Position numbers and translations under genes: made by a program. 39,565 nt of DNA from Circinaria calcarea (taxonomy: Eukaryota), in the NCBI GenBank assembly GCA_051942165.1, contig JAVECS010000025.1:1-39565 (forward strand). Direction: 5' to 3'. The notes under the pieces were generated by a model. The model ran no database searches. It saw nothing but the letters and a program-made list of their open reading frames with translations, and was not told the origin of the DNA. Positions 1-13,754 of the stretch are shown here, in pieces. Positions within the stretch are counted from its first letter, which is position 1. Each line of letters begins with the position of its first letter.

Positions 1-1
1 A

Positions 2-349
2 AGACCTTTCCGGGAAGGCATCAGAGAGAACCGCGGTATGTACTGGGGTCTTATTCTAGTGTCCGGAGTCGCTTTCTCGTGCTCCACGGAATTCATACCG
101 GAGATCAATGAGAAGATGAGGCTTGTCAAGTTCTCCAGCGCATTCAAGATGACTATGACAACAGTCATGATTCTGGATTATGTTGGATGTTACGTCATTG
201 AAAAGGGACTCAAGTATGCTTTTAGCGATTACCGGCCAAAGGATATTGCTGTACGGAGGCCTGATCAAATCAAAGCGGAAGAAGCGAGAAGAGCTCTAGA
301 GCTATCAGATGCTCAAAAAGAGAAGGAGGTGGCCAATGGCAAAGCATAA
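2..349 (+). CDS. SPF1: 3' end of P5A-type ER ATPase (Spf1/cation-transporting ATPase 1); partial, runs off the left edge
   Basis: Frame is open from position 2: RPFREGIRENRGMYWGLILVSGVAFSCSTEFIPEINEKMRLV...ILDY, matching the Spf1/ATP13A1 C-terminal membrane region (GRPFRE motif); stop at 349. Confidence 0.85.
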   Translation, partial: RPFREGIRENRGMYWGLILVSGVAFSCSTEFIPEINEKMRLVKFSSAFKMTMTTVMILDYVGCYVIEKGLKYAFSDYRPKDIAVRRPDQIKAEEARRALELSDAQKEKEVANGKA

Positions 350-567
350 TATAGACTTTCCTGTAATATAGACGTGCTGATCATGATTTATCTGGTTTGG
401 CATAGATAGTCTGCGGATTATTGTTAAACACAAGCTAGGCCCGTTGAAGCGAAAAATCAAACATATTTAAGCGATAGGCTAAAACCTTTTAGGTCACTCC
501 TGCGGCCAGAGTGCTTTGCGCCGAGATAAGTCCTTCCTCTGCCCGTTCCTCGTGGTCTTCGGGCACT

Positions 568-2566
568 CTACCTGGTTCTCAAGCTCACCCGCGCCGGCAT
601 ACCCTCCCTCGGTTTCGCGGAACCCTGCATAACCTGATAAGCCTCTTCGCCCCATACCTCTTGAATGCCACCAGTATCGTTGGGCCAGCAACTCCCATCC
701 CCTTTTAACAACGCCAGGTCCTCGTAGGCGGCCCGAATGTCAAACCTTCGCAATACGAGTACCAGGATAATCTTTACCTCGATGACGGCCAGCTCCTGTC
801 CGATGCAGGTCCGAGGCCCTTTGGAAAAAGGCACGTAGGCCGGATGGCTTTCTTTGCTCAGGAAGCGATCGGGGCGAAACGCGTGCGGGTCGGGGAAATG
901 GGACGGATGACGGTGCAGGCCGACGTCTACGGGTAAAAGCATGCAATGCTCCGTGGGCCAGCAAGTGCCCGTCTTTGGGTCGCGGATGAAAAAGCTGAAA
1001 AAAAGGGGGTGAGCGGAGGCTTCTATCTAAGGTACAAGGGTGTATCTATCTGGAAAAAGGGAAATCATGATTGAATGCAACGGAAAGAACACGTTCCATA
1101 CTTTTTCTCCCCGGCGCGTACGGAGCTCGCCGGCGGGTACAGTCGGAGGACTTCTTTGATGACCGCGAGCGTGTATTCCAGCTTCTGTAGTAGGTGTCCG
1201 TTGGATTTGATCAGTTGAGGCGCATTATCGAGGTCGGGCCCGAAAACCTGGTCGTGCTCTTTGCGGACCTTGGCGAGCCACTCGGCATCTTTACTGAGGA
1301 GGTGAAGAGCATAGCAAATTGTGCCGCTGACGGTATCGTGACCGGCGAAAAGGAGGGTTTTGACCTGGGAGATGACGTGTTTCTTGAAAGTGCTGTCGAT
1401 GCCTTTCGCCGTGGTGGTTGACGTATTTGGTCGTTTCCCTCCGAGAGATGTCTCCAGGACGAAGTCAATAACATGTTTTCGCTTACTACGATTTGCCCCA
1501 GTTGTATCTCGTTGGTCCAAGACCTTTGAAAGATAGTTGGTCATCTTTCGGGTATTCCACCACAACACGACTAATGCCCATGGGTTATATGCATCCCACG
1601 GCGCACTCGGGCTTCCCTGAGGGATCCACTGTACTTGGCTTTGAATGGCGTTGGCGAGCTCATTGTCCGACGTCTGAGAGTTGAGTCTAGTGTCTCTGCG
1701 CAGCATCAGCACTGACACGAATACCATTCAGATAGATCCGTCTCGTACAAGATAACCCTTGCGATGATATCGATAGTCAGCCGCGTAGCTGCTTCCTCAA
1801 GTCGGAAGACGTCACCCTTTCTCGCATGCTCGTGTAAGATATCGCAGAACACCAAGGAGTCCTCCACGATTCCCGGTATGTGGGTCATCAGATGGGAAAC
1901 CGAGAAGCCCGGGTTGAAGCTTCTTCTCCACGTACTCCATTCTATGCCATCTGAAGAGACGAGGTTCACATGAGAATCGACCAGCAGTTTCATAAAATCT
2001 TTAACCGCTTTATGTTTCGGCAGTGACGACTTGACTGTTATTTGATAAGTAATGTCGGGATCGACAATCCTAGCGATTCAGTTTCTGAGGCATGTGGAGC
2101 AAAAAATTCCTTCACGTACATTAATAGCACGTAACTAAAAGGCCAAGCATCCAGGTAGAAGAAGTCACCCAAGCCATATTTTTCTTGAATGAAGCGGGCG
2201 TCTGAAGGGTCGCATCAGAATTGGCTATTCATAAACTCATGGGCCGACTGCTAAGGCCTTACAGCATTGGGGATGAGTGCGGAGCGGGAGTGTCTTGAGT
2301 AAGTCGACAATAACTGGCAGGTGGCCCCATAAAGGATGATGAGGAGGTCCGGGCTAAGTGTCATGTCAGCCAGGAGGGTTTAGGACGGCCAAACATCAAT
2401 CATCCAGCTCGAGTTCGTGGATCCATACCAGACCTCGTACGAGTGTTCGATAAAAGTGAAGATTGATGGCAAAGCGGACGATCAGTCCGGCGGATAAAAC
2501 GACAATGGCGGCGATGACTGGATTTGCAGTGGCTACTCCCGCCACTGAATCAGCAGAGCGAGACAT
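568..2566 (-). CDS. Cytochrome P450 monooxygenase (P450-1; StcS/CYP59-like, multi-exon)
   Basis: ATG at 2566 gives [32 protein letters not shown] (TM anchor), then [13 protein letters not shown]-helix FAGHDT, K-helix EVLR, PDRF and heme motif [15 protein letters not shown] introns join the ORF fragments in frame. Confidence 0.92.
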
Positions 2567-2934
2567 CGGTCTGTGGTTTTAAAATTCATTGTCGGAAAAG
2601 GGAGAATTTAAGTAGGACCTGTAAAGCTGCCTGCGGCATACAGCTATCCCAAATCGGTCAGCCCTCCGAGAGATGCCCTACGCAGCAAGGCCGGTATGAC
2701 TTCGGAGCTGAGCATAAGCAGTACCGATTATTTCGGCAGACTCGTGTAGTCGAAAGTCTGATTCTGCCCATTCGTGCCGTCGGCTTTATTTCATGGGTGG
2801 AGGCAAAGGGCAATTAGTGGTTTGTGGAACACGCGATGTATGACGCATCCACTTGAACTTAAGTTACAGGGAGGTCACGGAGAGTTAGGCGCTCGAATGG
2901 GGCATAGCAGTGAATAAAAACGCGCAGAGACTTT

Positions 2935-2947
2935 GGGGGGGGGGGGG
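2935..2947. repeat. Poly-G homopolymer (13 G)
   Basis: Seen directly in the P450-1/PKS intergenic region. Confidence 0.9.
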
Positions 2948-3131
2948 ATGTTGTGGAGACTCTCTGTAGATGTGATAGTATACTAAATTCTCTCATGCGA
3001 TCTACGCTACCTGCCCAAAACCAACCACCGGTTGAGCATTTCTGTAGATGCCGATAAATCATCTTCCGGTCTGGCTGACCTCGGAAAATACACCTAACCC
3101 ACGGACTTTGCCATCTGTTTTGCTCGCTTCC

Positions 3132-6100
3132 TTACACTTGAAGAGGGAGAACTCCAGCCTCGGCAACATACCTACTCTTGGCAGCAACCTTCGCCGCCAA
3201 TATCGTCAACGTTGCGCTTTGTAGCACGTCGAAGATGGATAATTCAGCCTGCGCACGCGAGACGAGCCAATTCCTCATCTCGACCGCCACCAGTGAGTCA
3301 ACACCGTACTTGGACAAGGGCATCGACTCGTCGATCTCCTGTTCGGGGATGAGAAACATCTCGGACATTTTCTTGACGATAGCAGTGGTGACTACTTTTA
3401 CTGCAGCAGTCCAGGAAGAGGTTTTGCCAAGAGAATCCTTAAAGTTGCTGTAGTCTTTCTTGCCGCTGTCCCGCGAAGCTGATATAGAGGAGGATTGGAT
3501 CCGCCTGAGGCCTAAGAATCGTGGCTCCTGACGCCAGAAAATACCGTCTGAGCTGTCGGACATGTCGAACGGGGCAAGGCCCGTAATGATTTGGCTTGAG
3601 TGCTGCTCGCGGATTGGAGCTCGAATAGCCGCCTCAATGATTTGGAGTACTTCTGCCTCTTCGAGTGGTCTGTATCCAATCTGCGCTAATCTCTCTGCTA
3701 CGCCTTTAGTCTCTGCTACGTAGCCCACAGACTTGACCATTCCAAGATCGATCGAGACAGCTGGCAGACCCTTGGCTGTGCGATACCTGGCAAAAGCATC
3801 CTGGAAAGTCCCTCCAGCGGCATAATTCGCTTGACTGGGGTTACCTAATACGCCGGTCGCGGATGACAACATGATAAAGAAATCTAGGTTATGGCTTGAC
3901 AACACCTCGTGGAGATTGTGAGTTCCCTGCACTTTGGGACGAATGGCTGCTTCCCAGCTGTGATATGGCATATATTCGAAGACAGAATCCTGGTGACATT
4001 GATTAGCTTCACTACGAAAGCCTACATGCAGGTCAGGGTCTGGATCAATTACCTGAAGAACCATAGCAGCGTTGATAACCCCCCGTACCGGTGGCATCCC
4101 CTCAGTACATGCGTTCACAGCTCGTGCTAGCTCTGATCGCTCGCTGATATTACAGTTTCGAGTTACGATATTGCACCCTGTTGCTTTGAGCTGTTCTAGG
4201 AATGCTCCGGAGCTGGTCTGGGATGCCGCACTCCGGGATAGTAAGACGAGATGTTTAGCACCATGTTGTACAAACCACTGGGCAATCGATCGTCCGATTC
4301 CACCTAGGCCACCCACAATCAGGTAGGAAGCGTCGGCAAGGAGCTTAACTGGTCTTTTCTGTGAGATTACCTATTAAAAGGGTGTTAGAATTCCTTTGAC
4401 TGTATTGCATCGGTGCGGCTTACGCTAACGAGGTCGCCTTTATTCAGCTTTACGATAATCTTACCCATATGCTTTCCTGCCTGCATTAAACGGAATGCCC
4501 GCTGTATTTCCGAGATAGGATAGACTGTAATTGGGGAGACTGGTTGTATGGCTCTCTCATCAAGCAGACGAAGGACATCTGCCATCACCCTCGACATGAC
4601 TTTTCCCCTGTGGTTCCCAAGGTGGATCAAATCTATTGCGGTAAAAGAGGTTGCCCGTCCCAAAGGCTCCATTTCAAGATATCTGTTGAGCTGAATATCT
4701 CGCTTGCCAATCTCGATGAATCGGCCAAGGGTAGCGACACAGTTCCAACTTTCCTGAAGCAGCTGGCCAGCCAAAGAGTTTAATACGACGTCAACGCCCT
4801 TTCCGTGGGTCAGCCGCATTACATTTGGAGCAAAGGACCGATCTCTGCTTGAGAGAATATGATCATTGTCGATGCCATATGTTTTGATAATAAAATCGCG
4901 CTTTTCCTGCGATCCCACCGTCACAAATATCTCTGCGCCGATGTGTTGGGCCAGTATAATGGCAGCTTGGCCAACGCCTCCAGTCGCGGCGTGAATCAGC
5001 ACAGTCTCCCCTTTCTGTAGGCGCGCTATTTCGTGAAGAGAGTAGTATGCAGTAACGAATACCATTGGAATCGACGCTGCCAACTCAAACGTCATGTGGT
5101 CAGGTATCTTGCCTACCCCTGTCCAATGGATCCGGATGAAGCTTGCCCAGTGACCCCTAGTAGTCAACGCGCAGACCCTGTCGCCAACTTTGAAGCTATG
5201 AGTCGCGTTGGATCCCACCTTGGTGATCACACCACTGCATTCAAACCCCATGGTCGTTTCCTGCAGTTGGCCCATGGCTACCATTATGTCTCGGAAATTT
5301 AGGCCAAAAGCTTTCGGCTCTATCTCGACGAAGTCATCAGGTAGAGCCTCTCCTGCAGATGGGTCATCAACAAACACAAGACTATCCAGCGACCCTGGAG
5401 TTCCGACAATCATACGTAGCTCGCGTCCCGGCTGGTAGAAGGGCTGCAACTCAGGCGTCGAATTGGTGGTTGTATCACTGCCAGCGGCATCATTCATGGC
5501 TGGGTCATCGTATAGTCTAGGGACATAAACCAACGAGTCTCGTTCAGCATATTCAAAGTCCATTAAACTCTTGTCCCGTCCGTAGTCAAAGGTCAACTTG
5601 AACAAGTCAAGAATGGTGCTTATGCCAGTGGCGGTCCATGGGCCGTTTCTGGGATCGAGGTCCAGTGCGACGAACCGCTTACTACTATCTTCAAGTCGTA
5701 AAGTGCGTAGAAGACCGGTACAAAGACCATGTTCGGGCCGTTCGCAATCGATAGCTCCACCACGAGACACCCATAGGACTCCCCTTGCGCCGTTGAGTAT
5801 GTTTTTGATAGCTGCAAAGCATGAAGCATCCATACGACTGAGAACTGCGTCATCAGTATCTATGAAAATGCACACTTTCCCGTCCACGTCTATATTACCT
5901 AGGCTTCCAATTACGGTTTCGGTGAAGGTAACGGCGGATATCAACTCTTTCAAGGTGTTAAGCCATGGTTCGGGGGGTTGAAAGCTTGCATGTACGATTG
6001 CGGTCTCATGCTGATAGTATGAAGAAGCCTCAGCAGTAGCAGTCGACATAATGACGCTCATAGCGTAATTTTCATCATCCTCGGAATCACGCACTTCAAC

Positions 6101-9100
6101 ATCCAAGCCGCTAAACCCAGTTTGTTTGAGAAGGCGTTCCCATGAATCGACGCTGAGATTTGGGCTATGCTTTCGTTCCTCCTCCTCACCTAAAAGAGTC
6201 AGCAAACACAAACTCTCTCAGCATTGAAGCAGAGAGGTACGTACTAAGCCACCATCCGCTAAGGGTCCCAAAAACCAACTGGACATCAATAGCATCTTGA
6301 GTAGTCTCGACCATAATCAACTTTCCACCTGGTTTGAGTAGTCGGCGAACGTTCGTCATGGTGTGCTCCATACATTTGGTTGCATGCAGCACCTGACAAG
6401 CAATAATCAGATCATAACTGCCGAGTATAAATGATTGCTGCTCTGCATCTTGCTCAACGTCAAGTTTATTATAACTAATCATATCGCCCCAGGCACCAAA
6501 CTTCTCTCGAGCCGCTTCAAAAAACCCCGAGGAGATGTCGGTTAGGTCGTAATGAGTGAAACGAGGGCTTACCCCCGAATCACCTCCACCGAGAGCTCTT
6601 AGAACAATTCTGGTGCAAGCGCCAGTGCCGGCACCAATCTCCAGCACTTTTGCTCGAGGGTGTTCGTGTGCGAAGAGCTTGACGAGCTTCTCAACCTGAG
6701 ACAATGAGCGATCAACTCTCAAGGCTTCTTCATAGTAGCTGTAGAGAAGCTTGTTCTCCAGCATGAGTTCCAAAGGGGCGACTTCTTTCCGCAAGATAGC
6801 AAGAAGTTTTCGGCCTATGCGGACCAACATTCTACCATTAGCGCTCTTGGAAGATACTTGGTCGTATAGGCGCTGCTTAACGCCCTCGCTTGCCTTGATC
6901 CACTGGGAACTCCGGGGAGCCATTTGATTAAGTCTTACCCTCCGGTCCTGTAGCATCATCCAGTTGTACAGGACCTTATGATGCCAGTCCAACTTTTCTA
7001 TGTCTGAACCAGTCAAAGCTGCGAGTACATCGAGAATAATTTGACAGGTAGCACGCTTTAAGTCTTCGAAAAGTGCTATCTCCATGGGCTCCGGAGGAAT
7101 CATCAGTGACTCTTTCAAATCCCCCAACCGCATCAACGACAGACCACGTTCCCAATGGATAGTCATACAGAGTTTTGAATCATCCATGGTCTTCTCCGCA
7201 ACGAGTCCACTTCCGAGAGACTGATAGTGTAAACCTTCAATCTCTAAAGGCGCCGGGAAGCTGGCATCTCCCAAGTTGAAGGTAGCGATCGAGACATCGA
7301 AGCCCTGTGAATTTTGTTTATGAATAGTTGTCAAGGCTTCAAATTGATGGCCAGCATCATGGCTAATGTACTGGGAAACGAACATTCTCTTGATTGATCT
7401 CGGAATCGCTGCGCCCATTGACTTCGTTTCGCTTGTGGGGACAGTGGAGTAAGCAGCCTGGAAAAGGGCATCCAGCGTGATTGGATGCAGGACATGATCA
7501 TGTTGGTATTTATAGGGCATTAGGGAGGCTGTATCGGCAATTGAGAAACTGGCCACAGATTGATGCTGACCACATCGAATAGATATCAGATTCCTGAATG
7601 ATGATCCATGATTAATACCCACAGCCTGCAGCCGCTCGAAGAAATCTCTTGGATCAATACGGCTCATGTAAGCCCCTGACTCGATAGTACAATTCAACTT
7701 TTGACCAGGCGTGCCGTCGAATGGAGACTTGTATTTCACAGAAATAAGTCCTTTGCAATGCTCGTTCCAGTTGCCATCCTTGTCAGCAGAATAAACGTGG
7801 AACTCTTTCCAATTCTGATCTAATGTCTTGTTACTGCAATCCCGAAGTGTGATCTGCACCTCAATCCCGTCCTGTGTATCTGGAATGACTAGGGCTTTCA
7901 TAATCTCAATTTCACGTAGATTATATCCGGATACTACCTCTGCCGTGGATTCTGAAATTTGACGCGCAGCTTCAATGGCCATACATATACATCCGGCTCC
8001 TGGATAAACCATGTCTGATTGTACAAGGTGATCGCGCACCCACGGTATTTCGGAGGGACGAATAATGTGGCGCCATGTAGGCATCATCGGGTTGGTTCCT
8101 GGCGCACGAGATCCTAGCAATTCGTGCGGCGGAAACTGGCGGTGGCGGTATTCTTTATTTTTCCGGGGCTCCATCCAGTGACGAACGGAGTGGTTCCAGG
8201 GATACGAAGGCAGATCATGGATAACCTGGCGCCCATGAGCGCCTCGTGGGAAATTGACTGCTTCCAAGTCAACAGGATATCCTTCGCTTAGCAGAAAACA
8301 TGCCAGGTTTTGCATGCTTAGCACCGCGTTCTGTCCTCTTTCTAAACAAGATCCGTACGAAATCTTGTAGTCCTCAAGTTCTGGAAGCGTAAGGGTCTGG
8401 CGAATAGGTCCAGCTAGTGCACTATGGGGGCCGATTTCAACTATGGTGTCCACGGCTAGTTTGTTCTCTTGCGAATCTGTCGAAGAAGTCTCGATACACA
8501 TATTGCGAAACGACTGTGCAAAAAGGACAGGCTGAACCATGTTCCTTAGCCAATGTTCCGGGCCAAGCTCTCGGGCAGATTTTATCCGCTCTCCGGTTAC
8601 TGGGGAAGAATAGATGACTTGGCCGAAATCGCCATTCTGCTTAAGATATTGCCTTAGGGAAGCGTGATATTGCTCTGAAATAGGTTCCATATGGTGCGAG
8701 TGGTAGGCTACTGCAACCTTTAGTCTCCTCGCAAATATCTTATCTGCGAGCATCTTTGCTTCCAGTTCTTCGATGGCTTGCAGATCTCCAGCGAGTGTGA
8801 CACTTGATGGGCTGTTGACGCAAGCTACCACAACTTTGTCGCGAGATGAGACGGTTGAGAGATAAGGCTCTGTGTCTTCTCGACTCAAACCAACAGCAAG
8901 CATGCCACCATGGAGAGCGGATTTCCGCAGAAAGTTAGTAGTAAGCGTTCCTCTTGTATAAACGATTGCCAAGGCTTCCCGGAAGTCTATGGCTCCGCCT
9001 GCATATGCAGCACTGGCTTCACCGCTCGAGTGGCCTGTGACGGCGGTTGGATTGATACCCCAAGACCTTAGAAGCCTTACTAGTGATACCTGAATTGCAC

Positions 9101-11335
9101 AGCAAAGAGGAAGACTCAACATGGGCTCGTTAACGCGGCTTGTCTTTTGATCCCGCATAAGCTCATCTATACATTGTCAGCAAGCTGCTTTGTTCTTCTA
9201 GGTCTGCATCCAAGATCACCTACCAACTAAGGACCACGGAGCTCCGAGCTCCTTCAAGTGCTTATCGGCTTCCCGGAGTGATTCCTCGAAGACGGAGTAT
9301 ACTCCTATCAACTCTCTGCCCATCGCGTGCCATTGCGCTCCTTGTCCATTGAAGACGAAGCCAATGCGCGGTACTTCAGAGGAATAGCTAGGCTTAAGCT
9401 GACCATTATCGAGTGTCTCGATAAGGCCTGGGAGTGTTCGCGCAGAAGCCGTCACGACCCAAGGAAAGAATGAACGGCGTTGACCAAGGGTATAGGCTAG
9501 ATCTTGAAGGACTACCGGCTCATTCTGATCTGCACCCAGCTTAAGATAGTCGCTTAGATTGGCTATCATTGACTTAGCAACCCCCTGATCCTTTGCGCTG
9601 AGCACAAATACACGCCACTCGTCATCTCTATCGCTAGAAGAATGGCCGTTTGTCAACCTTCGCATGCGGGTATCATAGTAGATAGAATCATCCATGATCA
9701 CATGTGCATTGGTACCACCATAGCCGAAGTTGCTAAGTGAAGCCCGTCGTAATTCGTCTAGAGGCCACGGTTCAAGTAGCCTGGGAACCTGCTACATGTG
9801 AGTCATGTACGCGGTAATGATAATCAAGCAATCCAACCTTAAGGTTCCATTCTTTGAAAAGAATTGCTGGATTGGGCTTCTCGAAATTAATACTGGGAGG
9901 TATAAAGCCTTTCTCAAAGGCCAGAACAGTCTTGACCACAGATGCCAATCCACTGGCCGCTTCCAGGTGTCCGATGTTTGACTTTATCGAGCCAATGTAG
10001 AGAGGTTTCTCAGTCGGCCTTCTTTGACCAAAGACAGAGCCAATTGCACCAGCCTCAATTGGGTCTCCAGATATGGTCCCAGTTCCGTGAGCTTCCACAT
10101 AAGTTGTATTGATGGGGTCGAGGCCCGCTTTCTTGTAGCATGTTCGTATCAATTCCTCCTGTGCCGCTTGAGATGGTGAAGTGATTGTAGGGCTCTTGCC
10201 ATCTTGGTTAAGAAGTGTCTCCCTAATCACAGCACGTACCGGATCACCATCCTTTAGCGCCTCATGCAGAGGTTTGAGGATGAGAGTCGCGACACCCTCA
10301 CCACGGCCATAGCCCGACGCTCGAGCATCGAATGAGTATGACTTGCCATCGGACCCAAGAAGTCTGGGGTGGATTAGCTGCGGCCTCTTGTAGCCCTTCA
10401 AGACTATCTTACCCTAGATTTGACATTGAAATGAACATATCGGGATTTATTATAATACTCGCTCCGGCAACAACAGCCAAGTTCGAATCACCTGTTCTGA
10501 TAGATTGACACGCCAAATGTAGCGCCGTGAGGCCTGTAGAGCAACCCGTGTCGACTGTGACACTAGGCCCTCCAAGGTCGAAGAAATGCGAGATACGATT
10601 CGAAATCATGGCCGAGCCATTGCCGGTCATGAAGTACCGAGGCAATAGCTCCGGATCTCGCATTAAGCTGTCATGGTAGTCTCTGAAAAACGCCCCTGCG
10701 AACACTGATGTTGACGTCCCCGCAATTTTTTCGATGGGAATGCCCGCTACAGCAGATCAGCGGAAACCCCAACCCTAATGTCTGATCTGACCAACCACTC
10801 TCAAGAGCCTCGAATGTAGACTCGAGCTGAAGTCGGTATTGTGGGTCCATACTCTAGAAACGTCAGCTCACTCTTTTTCGGTTTTAGGACCGCTCTTAGG
10901 GTGCTAACACTGGCTACTTCGGCAGAAAAATTGAAGAAAGAGGCGTCAAATAAAGATATATCGTCTTTAAGGAAATGCCCACCTAAGACGTTGGACTTTG
11001 GTCTTTTCATCAGTGAAAGTCTTTTAGCCGCGGAAGTGGCATTTACCAACCGTACCCATATTTTCACCTTGTGGGTGATAGAATGCTCTCTGGTTGAATC
11101 TGTCCTCGGGTATTTCCGACCACGCGCTGCGGCCTTCGGCACACAACTGCCATAGCTTCGTGGGACTACTGGCACCGCCAGGAAATCTACAACTCATGCC
11201 GACTATGGCAATCGGTAATGTGGCCTCGAGTGGTGGGTCTGCCACAAGTCCATGTCGGGGTGTGTAGGTATCGTCAACATTACCGTCCAGCTTGCCAATG
11301 GTCTCCCCATTGTCACCAAGCAATGGACTCATCAT
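3132..11335 (-). CDS. Highly reducing iterative type I polyketide synthase, KS-AT-DH-cMT-ER-KR-ACP
   Basis: [94 protein letters not shown]. c[61 protein letters not shown]. No TE/R domain. Multiple introns. Confidence 0.96.
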
Positions 11336-12341
11336 GCTCTGTCGTTTCGAGACGGCTGTTGAGTCTCGAGTCTTGAGGCGAGATCGGCCAGACTTGTAGA
11401 AGCTGAAAGGGCTCTAGGAATGATAAAAGTTAATTCGCACTTTGCAGTGACGGTAGCTAGTTTATCGTACCAAGGAGGGAGACACGATCTATTCACGGAC
11501 GTTGGCGGCTTCAGAAGGAGATGGTCTAGCAGCCCTGGAATGGCCAGAGCAGTTTCTACTTAATATACGCCATTGCCTCAAGACAGCTGGATGGCCAGAA
11601 CAGGTAAGGCTGGCAGCGGTCATGGACCTCCCGAGAGACACAGGCCGTGCCATGTTACTGTAGCTGGCAAGCCGCCAATCAAAGAAACCGATTGCTGCTG
11701 ATGCAGTAACTTGGGCTGAGTCTCGGGATGCTCAATTATTGCTGTCTTTGGCACAAATTAGGCCGGATTCGCTCCCGATGGATCTCAGACGCAGGCATAC
11801 TGAGCAATCTTCCGGTGGGATACCAAAAGCGATAATATGCGAATGACGATTTGGGGTGTCTCGAGCATGTGGTAATACCAAAATGGAATTAAAACCATTT
11901 CATATATTAGATGGATTGGTTGTTTTAAACTAGGTCAGCGGGCAGCTTAACTGGTATATTACAGAGCCTTTGACGGTAATAAATTTCATACTCCGATGAA
12001 ATTAATTCCATAGCCCCGAGTCGTTAGTTAAGTTCGGAGCTTCTAAATATGGCTAAACAGCAACTGTAAAGGGAAATCGACGCGAGTGGGAGATCTAAAA
12101 CGGTTTAGGCAATAACCTATCGTGTAAAGCCCCGAGCGGTACCTTATGCTACGAATGGCAATCGAATTACCGTTGACCGCTCGCAGTAGGATTCTCTGGA
12201 AGCCTCTCCTGGAAAGGATTCCCCGTGATGTCGAACTGCTGTGCTGCCTGGCGTGATACAAACCATCATAGGAAGAACATGCTTGAATATCTCTAAGCAG
12301 CTTTAATCGCCGTTGTCTCGGTGGATATCTACTCGGTCAAG

Positions 12342-13411
12342 ATGACTTCGCTTATTATCGAAGAAAGCTGTATACCTCGTCTGGATGGGAAAGTGGCCAT
12401 CATCACCGGTTAGTCAAACCGAGTAGCCGTGCTTTTCTCGTAGCGTCTTCTCTGCCAATAACTTCCCCGCCTATCACTGCTCACGGCTAACTGGACAGGG
12501 GGCGCATCTGGCATTGGTTATGCCACCGCAAAGATATTAGCCACCAGTGGCGCAAAGGTACACATACTCGATCTCAACTTACCCGACGAGTCAGACAACA
12601 GAGGAACTCTCCAGCTTGAATTCATTCGGTGCAATGTTGCTAATTGGTCCGAACTGCGTCTGGCCTTTCAAAAGATTGGACATGTGGATATGGCTTTTGC
12701 GAATGCGGGCATCTCAGAGGAAACGGATTACTTTCAAGACAGATTCGAAGACAACGGTCTTCTTGCTGAGCCGGCGTACCCTGTACTTGATGTCAATCTG
12801 CGGGCTGTCATTAACTTCGTCAAGCTGAGCTGGAGCGTGATGAGACGCGACGGAACTAGGGGGAGCATTGTCATCACAACTAGCGCAACTGCCTATGCTC
12901 CGGAGCAATCTCTACCTGTATATGCAGCTGCAAAGCTAGCGGTAAGTCCCTCTGCTATCGCTGTGTTATTTGGTTGGCGAGGGAACCGTGGGCCTGACAT
13001 TTACCCTCCTCTCAGTTAGTCGGGCTAGTCCGCGCCCTCCGCTCCACCATTATTCGAGATGGCATCACCATCAACGCGGTCGCGCCCGCAGCAACAATAA
13101 CGAATCTCTTACCAGCAGTCCTCGCCAAGCCAATTATTGCAGCAGGCCTTCCTGTCAGTTCTGCCCACTTAGTCGGTCTTGCCCTAGTTTACTCTGCTAC
13201 AGCCAAAGAGACTCGAAGGGTCCAAGCATACGGTAAAGATAAAGAGGAGGAAGATGAAAGGGAGGGAAGGTGGAACGGAAGAGTGATTTTAACTCTAGGA
13301 AATCGGTACACGGAGCTGGAAGAGCCGATTTCTCGCCTTAGAGGAGAGTGGTTTGGCAAGAACAATCTTGAGGATACTAGGATGCAGCAGGCAATGACGG
13401 ATTTTCGGTAA
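12342..13411 (+). CDS. Short-chain dehydrogenase/reductase (SDR-1)
   Basis: ATG at 12342, [29 protein letters not shown] (Rossmann motif split by an intron), FANAG, catalytic YAAAK, ending [10 protein letters not shown] at 13411; two GT-AG introns. Confidence 0.9.
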
Positions 13412-13754
13412 GGGATGAAAATTACTGAATCTGATAATGGAAAGGAAACTATGTAAGCTCTTGAACTATTTAACTTAGTGCCAAGTGTGTAGCAAATATA
13501 TTTCTTACTATCGACAATCAGATCGATATAATGAGGTCGAATCTCCCTTCGCACTGTCCCTGTCGATTATGCTTGGGACGGCATGTGTCACTGGGATATC
13601 AAACCTAGTTTATGATTTAAAGTTCTTTTATCGTACTCCGGAGCAACAGGACCCATTTTCTACGGTAAATATAGCATCATGCCGACAGTTACAAGCACCC
13701 GGTCAATAGTTGTCCGGAGTCTCAACATAGGGAGATAGGCCTTTGTCCCACTTT

